Below, in pieces: positions 36,141-46,197 of a DNA stretch of 64,000 nucleotides (position 1 is its first letter; the number at the start of each line of letters is the position of its first letter). Location of the stretch: positions 140,830 through 204,829 of the IMG/VR virus record IMGVR_UViG_3300024502_000010, one strand, 5' to 3'. The notes under the pieces were generated by a model, which saw only the letters and a list, made by a program, of their open reading frames with translations, ran no database searches and was not told where the DNA came from. The translations under genes and the position numbers were made by a program.

Positions 36141-38418
36141 ACTCTCCCTCCTCTACTGAACTTAACTCACTTAACAAATCTTGAAGATTGGGTTTCTCTT
36201 CTACTACCTCATCAGTTTTAATATCATAAGTGTTTTGGTAGTAAGAAGTCTTCCACCCGTACTTGTATGTAGTCAAAAAGTCTTGTGCCATCACGGACAC
36301 TGGGACTTCATTATCCGTATAATTCTCCGGGTTATAGGACCAGTTGCCTGAGATTGCTTGGTCAAAGAATTTTTGCATCACAGCAACAATATTAATATAA
36401 CCACGGTTACTAGGCATATCCCAAAGAAGCGTATACGCATTCTTGAGGGTATGATACTGTGGAACAATCTGTTTGAGTGGTCCCTTTTTACTTTTCTTAA
36501 CGGACAAGAATCCGCGAGGAGGTTCAATTCCATTGGTTGCATTTGACACAACGGAACTGCTCTCCGAAGGCATTTGTGCGGACAGTGTTGAGTGCCTGAG
36601 ACCGTGTTCCAAGATGGATGCTCTAAGAGTTTCCCAATCATGCTGAAGTTGAACAGAAGAAATTTCATCTACATCTTTTTTGTAAGTATCAATTGGAAGA
36701 ATTCCATCAGCATACTTAGTGCGACCAAAGTATTCGCAATATCCTTTTTCTTTAGCAAGTTGATTAGATGCTTTTAGAAGATAATACTGGAATGATTCGG
36801 ATAAACCATGAACTGCATCCCATGCTTCTTGGGAATCATAATTAAACCCAAGTTTTGCCAAATAGTGCGCTAACCCTATAAACCCTATACCAAGAGAACG
36901 ACGCGCCTTGGTGGCGATTTCTGCCGCATCCACGGGGTAATTTTGATAATCAATCAACTCATCCAAACCGCGAACAGAAAGGTCACAAAGTTCTTCAAGT
37001 TCTTCATCAGACTTTACCTTTCCAACATTAATTGCAGAAAGAATGCAAAGTGCAATCTCACCCATCTTGTCATCAATATGCTGAAGAGGGTCTGTTGGAA
37101 GAGTAATCTCTTGACAAAGATTACTCATATTAACTTTGTCTTTAAAAGAAGAATGAGAATTGCAGTGGTCAATATTCATAATGTAGACTCGACCCGTCTC
37201 TGCGCGTTCTTTAAGAAGGCTAAGGATGAGTTCTTGTGCTTTAATAGTTTTTTTCGCAATGGACGGATCTTTTTCATATTGTACGTAGAGAGAATCAAAC
37301 TCAGGGAGTCCAAAGCTATCATAAAGTCCAGGGACATCATGTGGAGAGAAAAGCGTGATCTCACCGTCTTGAATAAATCTTTCATAGAACAACTTGCTAA
37401 TTTGAATGGAGTAATCAAGTTTGCGGACACGATTATCTTCCGTTCCCTTGTTATTCTTAAGGACTAAAATATCTTCTATTTCTTGGTGCCAGATTGGGAA
37501 GTGGACTGTCGCGGATCCACCTCGTATGCCATTCTGCGTGCAACATCTGACAGTTGCTTCAAACTTCTTGAGAAATGGTACAACACCCGTGTGTTGAACT
37601 TCTCCCCCTCTGATTTTGCTGTTGATGCCACGGATCCTACCAGCGTTGATGCCGATTCCCGCCCTCTGTGCAACGTATCGACCAATAGCCATATCACTGC
37701 TAAAGATAGAATCGAGGGTGTCATCAACATCAACAAGAACACAACTAGCAAATTGTCGAAGTGGCGTTCTAACTCCTGCCATGATGGGAGTTGGGATGTT
37801 GATTTTGTGTTTGGAGATTGCGTCATAATACCTCTTTACATATGACATTCTAGTTTCTTTTGGATACTCAGCAAAGATAGTCAAAGCAATCATCATATAC
37901 ATGAACTGCGGAGTTTCATATACTCCACCGCCGCTTCTATCTTGCACAAGGTACTTATCAACGACTTGACGTAAACCCGCATAAGTGAAGAGATAGTCGC
38001 GGTCATGATCAATATATGAATCAGCCCTATCAATCTCTTCTTTCGAGTACTTATTGAAAATGTCATTATCATAAACTTCATGATTAACACATTGGTAAAT
38101 GTGTTGCTCTAGAGTTGGGAGTTCTTTCATCTTTCCATAAAGTTGCTTACGAACAGCAAACAAAAGAAGACGAGCAGCAACATACTGATAATTTGGATGA
38201 TCCAAATCAATCAAGTCACTAGCAGAGCGAATCAAAATTTCCTGAATCTCCCCCGTAGTAATACCATCATAAAATTGAATGCCAGAAGTCATTTCAACTT
38301 GACTCGCAGATACACCTGCAAGACCCTTACATGCCTCTTCGACCATCAAATGCATCTTGTCTAAGTCAAGAGACTCAATTCGACCATCACGCTTTTTAAC
38401 CTTTGTACCGTTGCTCAT
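36121..38418 (-). CDS. nrdA: Ribonucleotide reductase class Ia alpha subunit
   Basis: ATP cone, QFASC, SNLCQEI, C-terminal CESC. Confidence 0.98.
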   Translation of the reverse strand: MSNGTKVKKRDGRIESLDLDKMHLMVEEACKGLAGVSASQVEMTSGIQFYDGITTGEIQEILIRSASDLIDLDHPNYQYVAARLLLFAVRKQLYGKMKELPTLEQHIYQCVNHEVYDNDIFNKYSKEEIDRADSYIDHDRDYLFTYAGLRQVVDKYLVQDRSGGGVYETPQFMYMMIALTIFAEYPKETRMSYVKRYYDAISKHKINIPTPIMAGVRTPLRQFASCVLVDVDDTLDSIFSSDMAIGRYVAQRAGIGINAGRIRGINSKIRGGEVQHTGVVPFLKKFEATVRCCTQNGIRGGSATVHFPIWHQEIEDILVLKNNKGTEDNRVRKLDYSIQISKLFYERFIQDGEITLFSPHDVPGLYDSFGLPEFDSLYVQYEKDPSIAKKTIKAQELILSLLKERAETGRVYIMNIDHCNSHSSFKDKVNMSNLCQEITLPTDPLQHIDDKMGEIALCILSAINVGKVKSDEELEELCDLSVRGLDELIDYQNYPVDAAEIATKARRSLGIGFIGLAHYLAKLGFNYDSQEAWDAVHGLSESFQYYLLKASNQLAKEKGYCEYFGRTKYADGILPIDTYKKDVDEISSVQLQHDWETLRASILEHGLRHSTLSAQMPSESSSVVSNATNGIEPPRGFLSVKKSKKGPLKQIVPQYHTLKNAYTLLWDMPSNRGYINIVAVMQKFFDQAISGNWSYNPENYTDNEVPVSVMAQDFLTTYKYGWKTSYYQNTYDIKTDEVVEEKPNLQDLLSELSSVEEGECESCAV

Positions 38419-39383
38419 ATTTTCTTCCAGGTAGTAAATTTAAGTTTTGCTTCTAATCCAGAGTAAGTATTTGATTCTATCACAGACTGAACATCTAGTC
38501 CAGATAAAACCATATCATTAATATCTTTTTCTTTTATTCTTGAGGGCCAGATGACAACTTTTTGTCCACTACTAATAACTCTGGAGATTCTAGAGTGGAT
38601 TTCTGCATTACGTGGTTCGTTATCGTATATCCAAACACAATCGCGAATATTCCACTTAGTAATATCACCGTCAGCTCCGCAAAGAGCAATCGAGTTGCGA
38701 ATGAAAGTTGAGTCGAATGGACCTTCGGTGATGTAGACAGTTTCACTTTTTTGGACTTCATCGAGACCATAGATTTTTGGTGCGTCATCGTTAAGCATTA
38801 CTGTAATGTATTTTACCTTGCTGGGACCAAGTGCTCTTCCCTGAAACCCGACTAGATTATTTTGATAGAACAAAGGAATGATAATCCTTGGTTCATCTTT
38901 ATCTGTGCTGTCGAATGTTTGGTGAAGAGAGTTAGTCCACTCCTTAAATTTTTCGGCGTAATAATAGTTATCTGGATTTAATTTTCTACTTTCCAAATAA
39001 CTCTTTGCGTCAGTATTTGCTGATGCTTTAGGTAGATTTAATTTTGGTTTGAACTTAGGTGCCTCAAATTTAAATACTGGTTCTTCTACAGTAAAGTTTT
39101 TTCCAGTATGACCTTCCTTAAACTTTTCAAATGTATATTGTTTGTATATTGCAGTATCAATTTGTTTTAAAAAGTTATTAAAGGATATATTGAGACCGCA
39201 ATTGTGACATTTAAAATTTGTATTATTTTTTACCTGATACAAATATCCCCTTGCTTTATTCTTATTCTTTTGAGAATCTCCACAAATAGGACAACGAAAA
39301 TTATAAAGGTTGTGCTTTACCTTTTTAAATTTTTGAAATCTGGAAGAAATCAAATTGATGTATTTAACATCAACAAAATCCAT
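38415..39383 (-). CDS. 61: DNA primase
   Basis: FRCPICGDS, CHNC, EGPFDS TOPRIM, DNE. Confidence 0.95.
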   Translation of the reverse strand: MDFVDVKYINLISSRFQKFKKVKHNLYNFRCPICGDSQKNKNKARGYLYQVKNNTNFKCHNCGLNISFNNFLKQIDTAIYKQYTFEKFKEGHTGKNFTVEEPVFKFEAPKFKPKLNLPKASANTDAKSYLESRKLNPDNYYYAEKFKEWTNSLHQTFDSTDKDEPRIIIPLFYQNNLVGFQGRALGPSKVKYITVMLNDDAPKIYGLDEVQKSETVYITEGPFDSTFIRNSIALCGADGDITKWNIRDCVWIYDNEPRNAEIHSRISRVISSGQKVVIWPSRIKEKDINDMVLSGLDVQSVIESNTYSGLEAKLKFTTWKKI

Positions 39384-39549
39384 GACAATACACTTAGGAG
39401 TCTACTTATTCTACCAGATTATTGAGTCTTGTCAATACACAAAACGGTTATGAGAGCGGTCCATTTTATAACCGAATTTGTTATTTTTTGGAGAGAATAA
39501 ATCGTCGTCTTATTTTTAGTTTTCACTGGCATCTTGTGCCAACACTCAA

Positions 39550-39897
39550 TTATTTATTTCTTACTTGTTCTGTTAGAGAATTTACTGAAGAAGTTATAAA
39601 ATCTGTTACAACTGGAACAAATAATAAAGCAACAGCAACTATACCTGCTGCCATCCATTTAAATCTAGAAAGTTCGTCTACTTTTACTTCCAACTTACCC
39701 ATTTTCTCATTGATATCTTCATCACTTCTGACACAGTTAAAAATTCTTTCGTCATGTACCGCAAGCATCTTACAAATGTTTTGATTAGTTTCACTCAAAG
39801 TTTGGATGGCAGCATCTACACGCTCAACCATTTCCTCATGGATTTTTACTCTTTCTTCAAGAACTGCAACCTTGATCTTTGAGTCTTGTCCAAACAT
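39550..39897 (-). CDS. Coiled-coil protein with C-terminal TM helix
   Basis: 115 aa ORF. Confidence 0.7.
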   Translation of the reverse strand: MFGQDSKIKVAVLEERVKIHEEMVERVDAAIQTLSETNQNICKMLAVHDERIFNCVRSDEDINEKMGKLEVKVDELSRFKWMAAGIVAVALLFVPVVTDFITSSVNSLTEQVRNK

Positions 39898-39901
39898 TAG
39901 T

Positions 39902-40117
39902 TTACTGCGATGGTTTGTTTTTCATCCAGCGTTTGCGGGATCCCACTCCTAAAGATGCATATTTTTTTCTTCTCGTTAAACCCATAACAGGATCAAAACC
40001 AGCAGTTGGACCTTTTGGTTCAGCAGATGCACTAAACCCAGGAGCACCAGCAGAAGAACCAGTTACCATCTGCTCTCTAACTATTTGAATTATCCAGTCC
40101 AATTTCTTCTTTTCCAT
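39902..40117 (-). CDS. Hypothetical protein
   Basis: 71 aa ORF. Confidence 0.65.
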   Translation of the reverse strand: MEKKKLDWIIQIVREQMVTGSSAGAPGFSASAEPKGPTAGFDPVMGLTRRKKYASLGVGSRKRWMKNKPSQ

Positions 40118-40490
40118 TGTAGATTTTATAGAGTTCAGAGAGGCAGTTTATGTCAACTTGAATATCATGTATATAACATTTTGGATATTCGGGTAACCTA
40201 TTAAGAAAAATAATGAAGGTTTTCATGGCAGACCACAACTCTCTTTCTATTTTATAGAAAAGCATTGGAGTTGCTGCCTCCCCAAAAATATTATAAAGAA
40301 TAATAAAATGATTAAGAAGAAGGTGAGTTTTTAACTGACCAGTATTCTTATATCGTTTCAATAATCTTTTAATATATTTGAAATGATTTAAATCCTTTTC
40401 AAAATCTTCTTTGGTTACTGCTTGAGGATTTTCATAATGTTTAATAGCGAATAATATAAAATTATCCTCATTCAACTCATTAAAAATCAT
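40077..40490 (-). CDS. Conserved T4-like phage hypothetical protein
   Basis: 137 aa ORF in the primase neighbourhood. Confidence 0.75.
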   Translation of the reverse strand: MIFNELNEDNFILFAIKHYENPQAVTKEDFEKDLNHFKYIKRLLKRYKNTGQLKTHLLLNHFIILYNIFGEAATPMLFYKIERELWSAMKTFIIFLNRLPEYPKCYIHDIQVDINCLSELYKIYNGKEEIGLDNSNS

Positions 40491-40493
40491 AGA

Positions 40494-41246
40494 TTATAGA
40501 GCAGGTGGATAATTTGTATTTCCAGTAGTAATTCCAGACATTGCAACAAGAACTTCCTTCCTAACTCTCAGATTACCTTCACTATCTTTATATGTCGTAA
40601 TACCGACCCAACCACCATGAGTTAACTCATAGCGAGTTGCTGATGCCGCAGTAACAACAGTTCCATTAGCACCAATAACAGCAGTCTCACGACCACCAGT
40701 TACCCTTGAGAAAGTAACTAAGTTTCCAGCAGTAATTGCAGTTGCGATGGTTGATGCAAGAGAAACTGAAGTTGATCCAACAGATGCGACAACCTTAGAA
40801 ACAGCTCCACTGGCAAGAGTATCTCCAGCAACAACACCAGCAACACTATTAACTAAAACTATATCAGTTCCAACACCTGCAGTATAAGTTGCGGATGTCT
40901 TAAGGAAGGTATAGTTTTCAGTTACTGACCCAGTTGACTGATTTAAATGACTATCTAAAACTGCATACTTAGGCGATTCGCTAATTTCAAATGCAACTCC
41001 AGAAATAGCAGACCCATTTAATCCTGCAGTTGATGCAATAGAAAGACTCGTCGTACTTGCAATACCAACAATTACAGCATCACCGTAGTGAACACCAAAT
41101 GCAGTACCAAATCTAATCACATCTCCAGTTGCAGCAGCACCTACTTGACCAAATGTAGTTCCACTGCCAGTTACAGTAAGGGTTGCATAATCAAGAGATA
41201 CTGTACCACCAGATCCTTTAGCATCATTATTTCCCCAGAGTGCCAT
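40494..41246 (-). CDS. Virion structural protein (MALWG start, Gly/Ala/Thr-rich)
   Basis: TATAAATA upstream; beta-rich composition. Confidence 0.65.
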   Translation of the reverse strand: MALWGNNDAKGSGGTVSLDYATLTVTGSGTTFGQVGAAATGDVIRFGTAFGVHYGDAVIVGIASTTSLSIASTAGLNGSAISGVAFEISESPKYAVLDSHLNQSTGSVTENYTFLKTSATYTAGVGTDIVLVNSVAGVVAGDTLASGAVSKVVASVGSTSVSLASTIATAITAGNLVTFSRVTGGRETAVIGANGTVVTAASATRYELTHGGWVGITTYKDSEGNLRVRKEVLVAMSGITTGNTNYPPAL

Positions 41247-41300
41247 GTTCTTTCTTCCGTAAAGTTATTTGCTAAAAATTATTTATAAAAAAAAGAGACC

Positions 41301-41465
41301 TTACTTTTGGTCTCCCTTATGTAAAACAACTCTCAAAAAATTAGTTGTTAAATCAAGCAATCCATTCTCCTCAAATCTTTTTGTTTTTGCCAACCACTCG
41401 GATGTAGTTAGTAATAGACCAAGAATAATGGTTACTCCCCAGTTAGTTACAAGGCAGGTAATCAT
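41301..41465 (-). CDS. 54 aa membrane protein (holin-like?)
   Basis: MITCLVTNWGVTIILGLLLTTSEWLAKTKRF... Confidence 0.5.
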   Translation of the reverse strand: MITCLVTNWGVTIILGLLLTTSEWLAKTKRFEENGLLDLTTNFLRVVLHKGDQK

Positions 41466-41635
41466 GCTTGTGGTGTAAAGAGTTTATCCTTTACTAAATC
41501 ATAAACGACATTATCAATACTGTTATCGGTGCTATCAACATACTTTTTAAGTAGGTCAAGAACAAGACCTTTAACAGCTGGATGAGTTGCAATCTGAATA
41601 AGAAGTGGTTTTACCACTGCTACTACTGCGCCCAT
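41462..41635 (-). CDS. 57 aa hypothetical protein
   Basis: MGAVVAVVKPLLIQIATHPAVK...; CTAAATA upstream. Confidence 0.6.
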   Translation of the reverse strand: MGAVVAVVKPLLIQIATHPAVKGLVLDLLKKYVDSTDNSIDNVVYDLVKDKLFTPQA

Positions 41636-41689
41636 AATGTCCTCCGTAAAAGAGTATCCAAAGATATTTAGGATTTTTATATAACAGAT

Positions 41690-43990
41690 TCACTTCATAT
41701 ATTTTTGCATTTCTGGATTATCTCTATAGTTAATCCTTCTATCATACTTATTTGCGACATCTGCAACATTTCCTAAAAGAGGAACTCCCTTGAGACCTTT
41801 AGCAAGTGCTGCAGATGCAGTTTGTGGTTTAGATTTAGCAGTAGCAGGTTTTGCTACTGGTTTTGCTGCAGGAGGTTTCTTATCTGGAGTTACGCCAACA
41901 GTAGTTTGACCACCACGTTCTTTACCCAAAAGTTGATTCATAGATTGTTTATTTGGTTTAATCTGTGAACCAGAACCAACTCTTTGATTATGTCTATTTA
42001 CATCGGACTGAGAAACTCCTGGTTTAAAACTTCCAGGAACTGTCTTACCAAAAACTTTCTGAACCGTTCCAGCCTGTGTAAATTTTGATCCAGAATTATA
42101 TCCTGCTTGAGTTTTTCCAGCAACAACTCTACCAGTTCCTAAGAATTCGTTAATATTTTGCTCTGCGATTTTCTTTGCCATTTTAGTAGCAGTCGCATAC
42201 ATTACTTCTTTACCGCGACCAGGATATCTCTTCTCAAAGTCTCCTGCCTTGGACTTCATTGACTTAACGATTCTTTCCTTTTCTTTAGTCTCCGCAGAGG
42301 TTAGGGTTTTTTCATCAATTATGTTTCCATCAGGTTCGTAATGAGCAACCATTGTAGAAGGCTTTTTCTTTAAACTTGCCTGAGGTAGATTTAACCCCGG
42401 TGTTGGACGAGGAACATCTCCAGGAATTCCCCCTTCCCATGCACCAGATCCACCTGTTTTTTGTGCATCTTTTCTATACCACTGCCCACCAGCAGTTCTA
42501 CCATATTTATTAGGAGCATACTCAGCTTCATCAATATGCACTTCCTCACTTCTTACACTTGCAAGAAGATCATCTAACTTAGACTTTCTTTTTGGTTTTG
42601 CTTTTGGTTTTGTCTTTTCTTTAGCATCAATTTTTGCTTTTACTTCAGCAGGTGATGGAGATCCTTTTCTTGCTTTTTTAGCTGGTCTCCCCTCTTCTTT
42701 TTTGGGAGGAGTTGTTGCACTTCCTTCCCATGGGTCAGCGGGTTTTTCTGCTTTCTTAGGTGCTGCCGTTGGTTTTGGTGCCTCTTTTTGTGCTTTTGAT
42801 TTTGAAGGTTTGCCACCTTCAATCTTACGAGCAACATTTCTTGCTCCTCTTGATACCGACCTTGCGGCTTTTGCAAGACCTCTCTTCAATTTTGAACCAA
42901 TTCTCGAAAGAAGACCTGGTTTTTTATCTTCTCCATCTGAAGTTGATTTACCACTACCAGAATCTGAAGTAGTTGAAGTTCCTGAAGTTGTAGTTGATGA
43001 TGAAGAAGATCCACTTCTACCTCTCTCATAACCTTTTCTTGCTGCAGAACCCAGTGCTCTTGCTCCTCTTACTGCAGCACCAGCTGCATATCCAAGTCCA
43101 CCAGCAATTGCTTTACCAACTTTCTTTACAGCACCTTTGACTTTTTGAAGTCTATCACTCTTAATATCAGTGTCGTGACCATAAGTAACTTTTGCCTCAT
43201 TTAAAAGTGCAGAAGAAATTTCAAGAGATTCAAGTAACTCATTTTCAATATCATTGATATCATATCCTTCTTCAATACACTCATAGAAAAATTCTTGGAC
43301 AACTTCTTCAATTAAAGAATCTGACAGTAGGAAAATTTCCATGTCTGACATTTCATCAAGAACTCCATTGAAATCTTCAATCTCATTCATTTCAAGAAGA
43401 GTTCCACCAAGTTCTTCAATTTTTTCCCCAAGATCAAGTTTTGGATTGATGTCAACTTTATTGTTAACTTCCTTTTCAACTACTCTTGGTTCTTTACCTT
43501 CACCTTTAATCTTATCTGCAACTTCAATTAAATCATCTCTCCAATTTGAAAAACTCTCTTTTCTAACGCCAATTGCTTTTCCACGAACTTTTCTACGATG
43601 CTTCAGATATTCATCAGACTTATCTACATCACCATCATTGTCAATATCCGAATCTTCTTTTCCTACAGGATCAAGTGCTTCTTTTTGGGTTGCAATTGCT
43701 TTACCAATTGCTTTACGACGCTTATGGAGGTACTTATCTGACTTATCTACATCACCATCATTGTCAATATCCGAATCTTCTTTTCCTACAGGATCAAGTG
43801 CTTCTTTTATTTTTTTCTTATCTCTCATTGCCTTTGCTTTAGCAAGAGTTCTTTCTCTTGCAGCATCCTGCTCAGACTTAGGAATAGCAGTCACTGCACC
43901 AAGTCTCTCGGCGGGTTTACCGGGAACCGCAGATTCGACAACCTGCTCCAAATAAAGTTTGGAGATATCTTTTAAATTATTGGAGTTCAT
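41690..43990 (-). CDS. Large low-complexity putative head-internal/scaffold polyprotein
   Basis: Alternating acidic and Lys-rich blocks, many (I/L/V)xE sites, late promoter. Confidence 0.7.
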   Translation of the reverse strand: MNSNNLKDISKLYLEQVVESAVPGKPAERLGAVTAIPKSEQDAARERTLAKAKAMRDKKKIKEALDPVGKEDSDIDNDGDVDKSDKYLHKRRKAIGKAIATQKEALDPVGKEDSDIDNDGDVDKSDEYLKHRRKVRGKAIGVRKESFSNWRDDLIEVADKIKGEGKEPRVVEKEVNNKVDINPKLDLGEKIEELGGTLLEMNEIEDFNGVLDEMSDMEIFLLSDSLIEEVVQEFFYECIEEGYDINDIENELLESLEISSALLNEAKVTYGHDTDIKSDRLQKVKGAVKKVGKAIAGGLGYAAGAAVRGARALGSAARKGYERGRSGSSSSSTTTSGTSTTSDSGSGKSTSDGEDKKPGLLSRIGSKLKRGLAKAARSVSRGARNVARKIEGGKPSKSKAQKEAPKPTAAPKKAEKPADPWEGSATTPPKKEEGRPAKKARKGSPSPAEVKAKIDAKEKTKPKAKPKRKSKLDDLLASVRSEEVHIDEAEYAPNKYGRTAGGQWYRKDAQKTGGSGAWEGGIPGDVPRPTPGLNLPQASLKKKPSTMVAHYEPDGNIIDEKTLTSAETKEKERIVKSMKSKAGDFEKRYPGRGKEVMYATATKMAKKIAEQNINEFLGTGRVVAGKTQAGYNSGSKFTQAGTVQKVFGKTVPGSFKPGVSQSDVNRHNQRVGSGSQIKPNKQSMNQLLGKERGGQTTVGVTPDKKPPAAKPVAKPATAKSKPQTASAALAKGLKGVPLLGNVADVANKYDRRINYRDNPEMQKYMK
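43617..43808. repeat. Two identical 69 bp copies (43617-43685, 43740-43808)
   Basis: Encode EALDPVGKEDSDIDNDGDVDKS(D) twice. Confidence 0.9.
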
Positions 43991-43991
43991 C

Positions 43992-45293
43992 TTAAAAAGT
44001 ACTTGCTTTTTTTGCTTTATACTTATTTATGAAATTGATACCATAAGCCTTGCCACCCTTCTGCAAATATTGTTTATTAGTTCCCACTGCACCGGGAGTT
44101 TTTGATGCATAATGCTTAAATGCCCCCAATGTACCAACAAGAGTATTTGGATGCTTTTCGTCTCTCATTGGACTATCCATTTGAACTTCGGTATATTCCA
44201 TCACATCTTTAATCCAAGACTTAAACATATAACCCTCTTCAGTCACACAGATTAAATGATTGGTTCCCCTACGCATTACTTCACCAATCAAACCAGTATT
44301 AAGGTTTTGAACTTTATCACCGATTCTGAAAATTTTACCTCTCACATAATTCTCACGAAGATTTCTCATATCATACTTTGGAGCAATCTCCCATAAAGCA
44401 AAACTTTCCTTTTTGATTGCTGACTTTTTAACACCCATTCCCTGACGAACAGCATTGAATAAACCTTGAGTTTCTGCATCATCAAGAGACTTTGGAGTGC
44501 CTCTTCTAAAAGATTTAAAATCGCCATCAATAACTGCCTTTCTCATCTTCGATGCCGACATTCCCTCAACACCCTCAGCATCAGCATCACGAACACCAGC
44601 AGAGATTACCCTAATTTGATCAAAGGTATAAAGTTCTCCATTATACTTTTGTGCCAGATTTTCAAACTCTGCTTGCCTATCTGAACCAACAACAATATTG
44701 ACATTAGTATACCCGTCTTCATTAGCGGTAATGAGAACATTAAAAATTGTCTTCATTTCCTTATCATTAATAATGTTCTCCTCGAACTCAGGGAACATTT
44801 TCTTCATATAAGAAACTTTACTATCAGGGTCTAAAGGATTCTTCTTTGGATCTTGAGACCTTGAAGGATAAATCTTAATATCTCCACCGGCAGAAATTCT
44901 CTTTGCTGACTTGAGAAGTTTTTCGTGCCCCACTGTTGGTGGATTGAAGCGACCAAATACAACAGTGAGTGGTGGAAGTTCTTCTGCAGGTTGCTCTTCG
45001 GGTTCTTGTCCTGGTGCTGCTTGAGGTTGTGGTGCAGGTTCTTGTGCTGTAGCGATTGGTTGAGGAGATGGTGCTTGTGCTGCTTGAGGTGCTTGTGTCT
45101 CTGGTTGTTTTGCACCTTTTGCTTGGCGACCATCAATATATTTAAGTTTCCCCTTCTCCGTTCTCGCAATGACTTTACCGGAACGGTCAATCCATCCACC
45201 ATGACCATCACCAACCAATCCAAGTTTTTTCGCTTGCATCGCTGCTTGCGATTGTGTTGCCTCAGACAAAAACTGAAAGAAATTTTTCATCAA
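43992..45293 (-). CDS. Cytidylyltransferase-superfamily nucleotidyltransferase (NadM-like)
   Basis: VVFGRFNPPTVGH, VVGSDR, SASKMR; N-terminus MKNFFQFLSE. Confidence 0.8.
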   Translation of the reverse strand: MMKNFFQFLSEATQSQAAMQAKKLGLVGDGHGGWIDRSGKVIARTEKGKLKYIDGRQAKGAKQPETQAPQAAQAPSPQPIATAQEPAPQPQAAPGQEPEEQPAEELPPLTVVFGRFNPPTVGHEKLLKSAKRISAGGDIKIYPSRSQDPKKNPLDPDSKVSYMKKMFPEFEENIINDKEMKTIFNVLITANEDGYTNVNIVVGSDRQAEFENLAQKYNGELYTFDQIRVISAGVRDADAEGVEGMSASKMRKAVIDGDFKSFRRGTPKSLDDAETQGLFNAVRQGMGVKKSAIKKESFALWEIAPKYDMRNLRENYVRGKIFRIGDKVQNLNTGLIGEVMRRGTNHLICVTEEGYMFKSWIKDVMEYTEVQMDSPMRDEKHPNTLVGTLGAFKHYASKTPGAVGTNKQYLQKGGKAYGINFINKYKAKKASTF

Positions 45294-45330
45294 TGTATTT
45301 TAACGCACTTACCTGTCTTTTAGTTATTTA

Positions 45331-46020
45331 TTACTTTGCATATTGTGCAAGTAAAAAATCAACTCCTTTATCAATATCATACTTTGATTTTGGTGGTTTA
45401 TTTGTGATTTGCAATGCGGTTGTAAATCTATAATTATAGATTGTTCCACTCCCACCTCTTTTCAACCTCAATCTAATTCTCAAACCAGGATTAAATTGAG
45501 GAACTGGAAGACCGGCAGGGTTTGCTGCCATATAATATAATCCATATCCACCAATTTGAATATAATAAGTTTGTTTAGAACCATAGTAACCCCATAAAGC
45601 ACTTGATTTAATTGGTAAAAATGCATCAGTAAATCTCGCATAGTCAGATTTTACCATATCATCAGTCATTGCTTTATTATCAATGATTCCTTTATTTGGT
45701 GGTCCTTTAGGTCCCCATTGCTTATTTGCAAAATTTTCAATGCCAACAGTTCTCATTAAATTTCTAAGTTCTTCAGCTGCGGCAGTTTTTGCTCCACCAA
45801 GAACCCATCTTCCATTCTGATATTCTAAGGTTCCTTGACCATAATCGGCTTTCAAATCAAGTTTTACTTCAAGTTTATATGGTTTTTTATTATATAAAAA
45901 CATTGCGTCTGGTGCATTAGAATCAGAACCTGCTGGAGTAAATCCCGGAGGCACTAATTTTTTAGACAACAATTTTCTATGAATTTTACCTTCGTAGATA
46001 AACCCCTGTTCGCCAGCCAT
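45331..46020 (-). CDS. Putative PD-(D/E)XK nuclease
   Basis: G..YE, PD...LEVK spacing; AATAAATA upstream. Confidence 0.5.
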   Translation of the reverse strand: MAGEQGFIYEGKIHRKLLSKKLVPPGFTPAGSDSNAPDAMFLYNKKPYKLEVKLDLKADYGQGTLEYQNGRWVLGGAKTAAAEELRNLMRTVGIENFANKQWGPKGPPNKGIIDNKAMTDDMVKSDYARFTDAFLPIKSSALWGYYGSKQTYYIQIGGYGLYYMAANPAGLPVPQFNPGLRIRLRLKRGGSGTIYNYRFTTALQITNKPPKSKYDIDKGVDFLLAQYAK

Positions 46021-46057
46021 TTATACAAATACTCTTTCAAGTATTTATTATTCTGTA

Positions 46058-46129
46058 TGGAGTGTAAGGAAATCGAATCCTTATTGCTGGAATGCAAATC
46101 CAGAGTAATAACCGTTATACGAACACCCC
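46058..46129 (-). tRNA. tRNA-Ala(UGC)
   Basis: Loop TT-TGC-AT; G3-U70 wobble; TTGACT-17-TATAAT promoter upstream. Confidence 0.85.
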
Positions 46130-46197
46130 GTGTTTAGATATTATAAAACCCCTCAACTGAAAAGTCAAGGGGTTAGAGCAACCTTCCGACTTATTTA

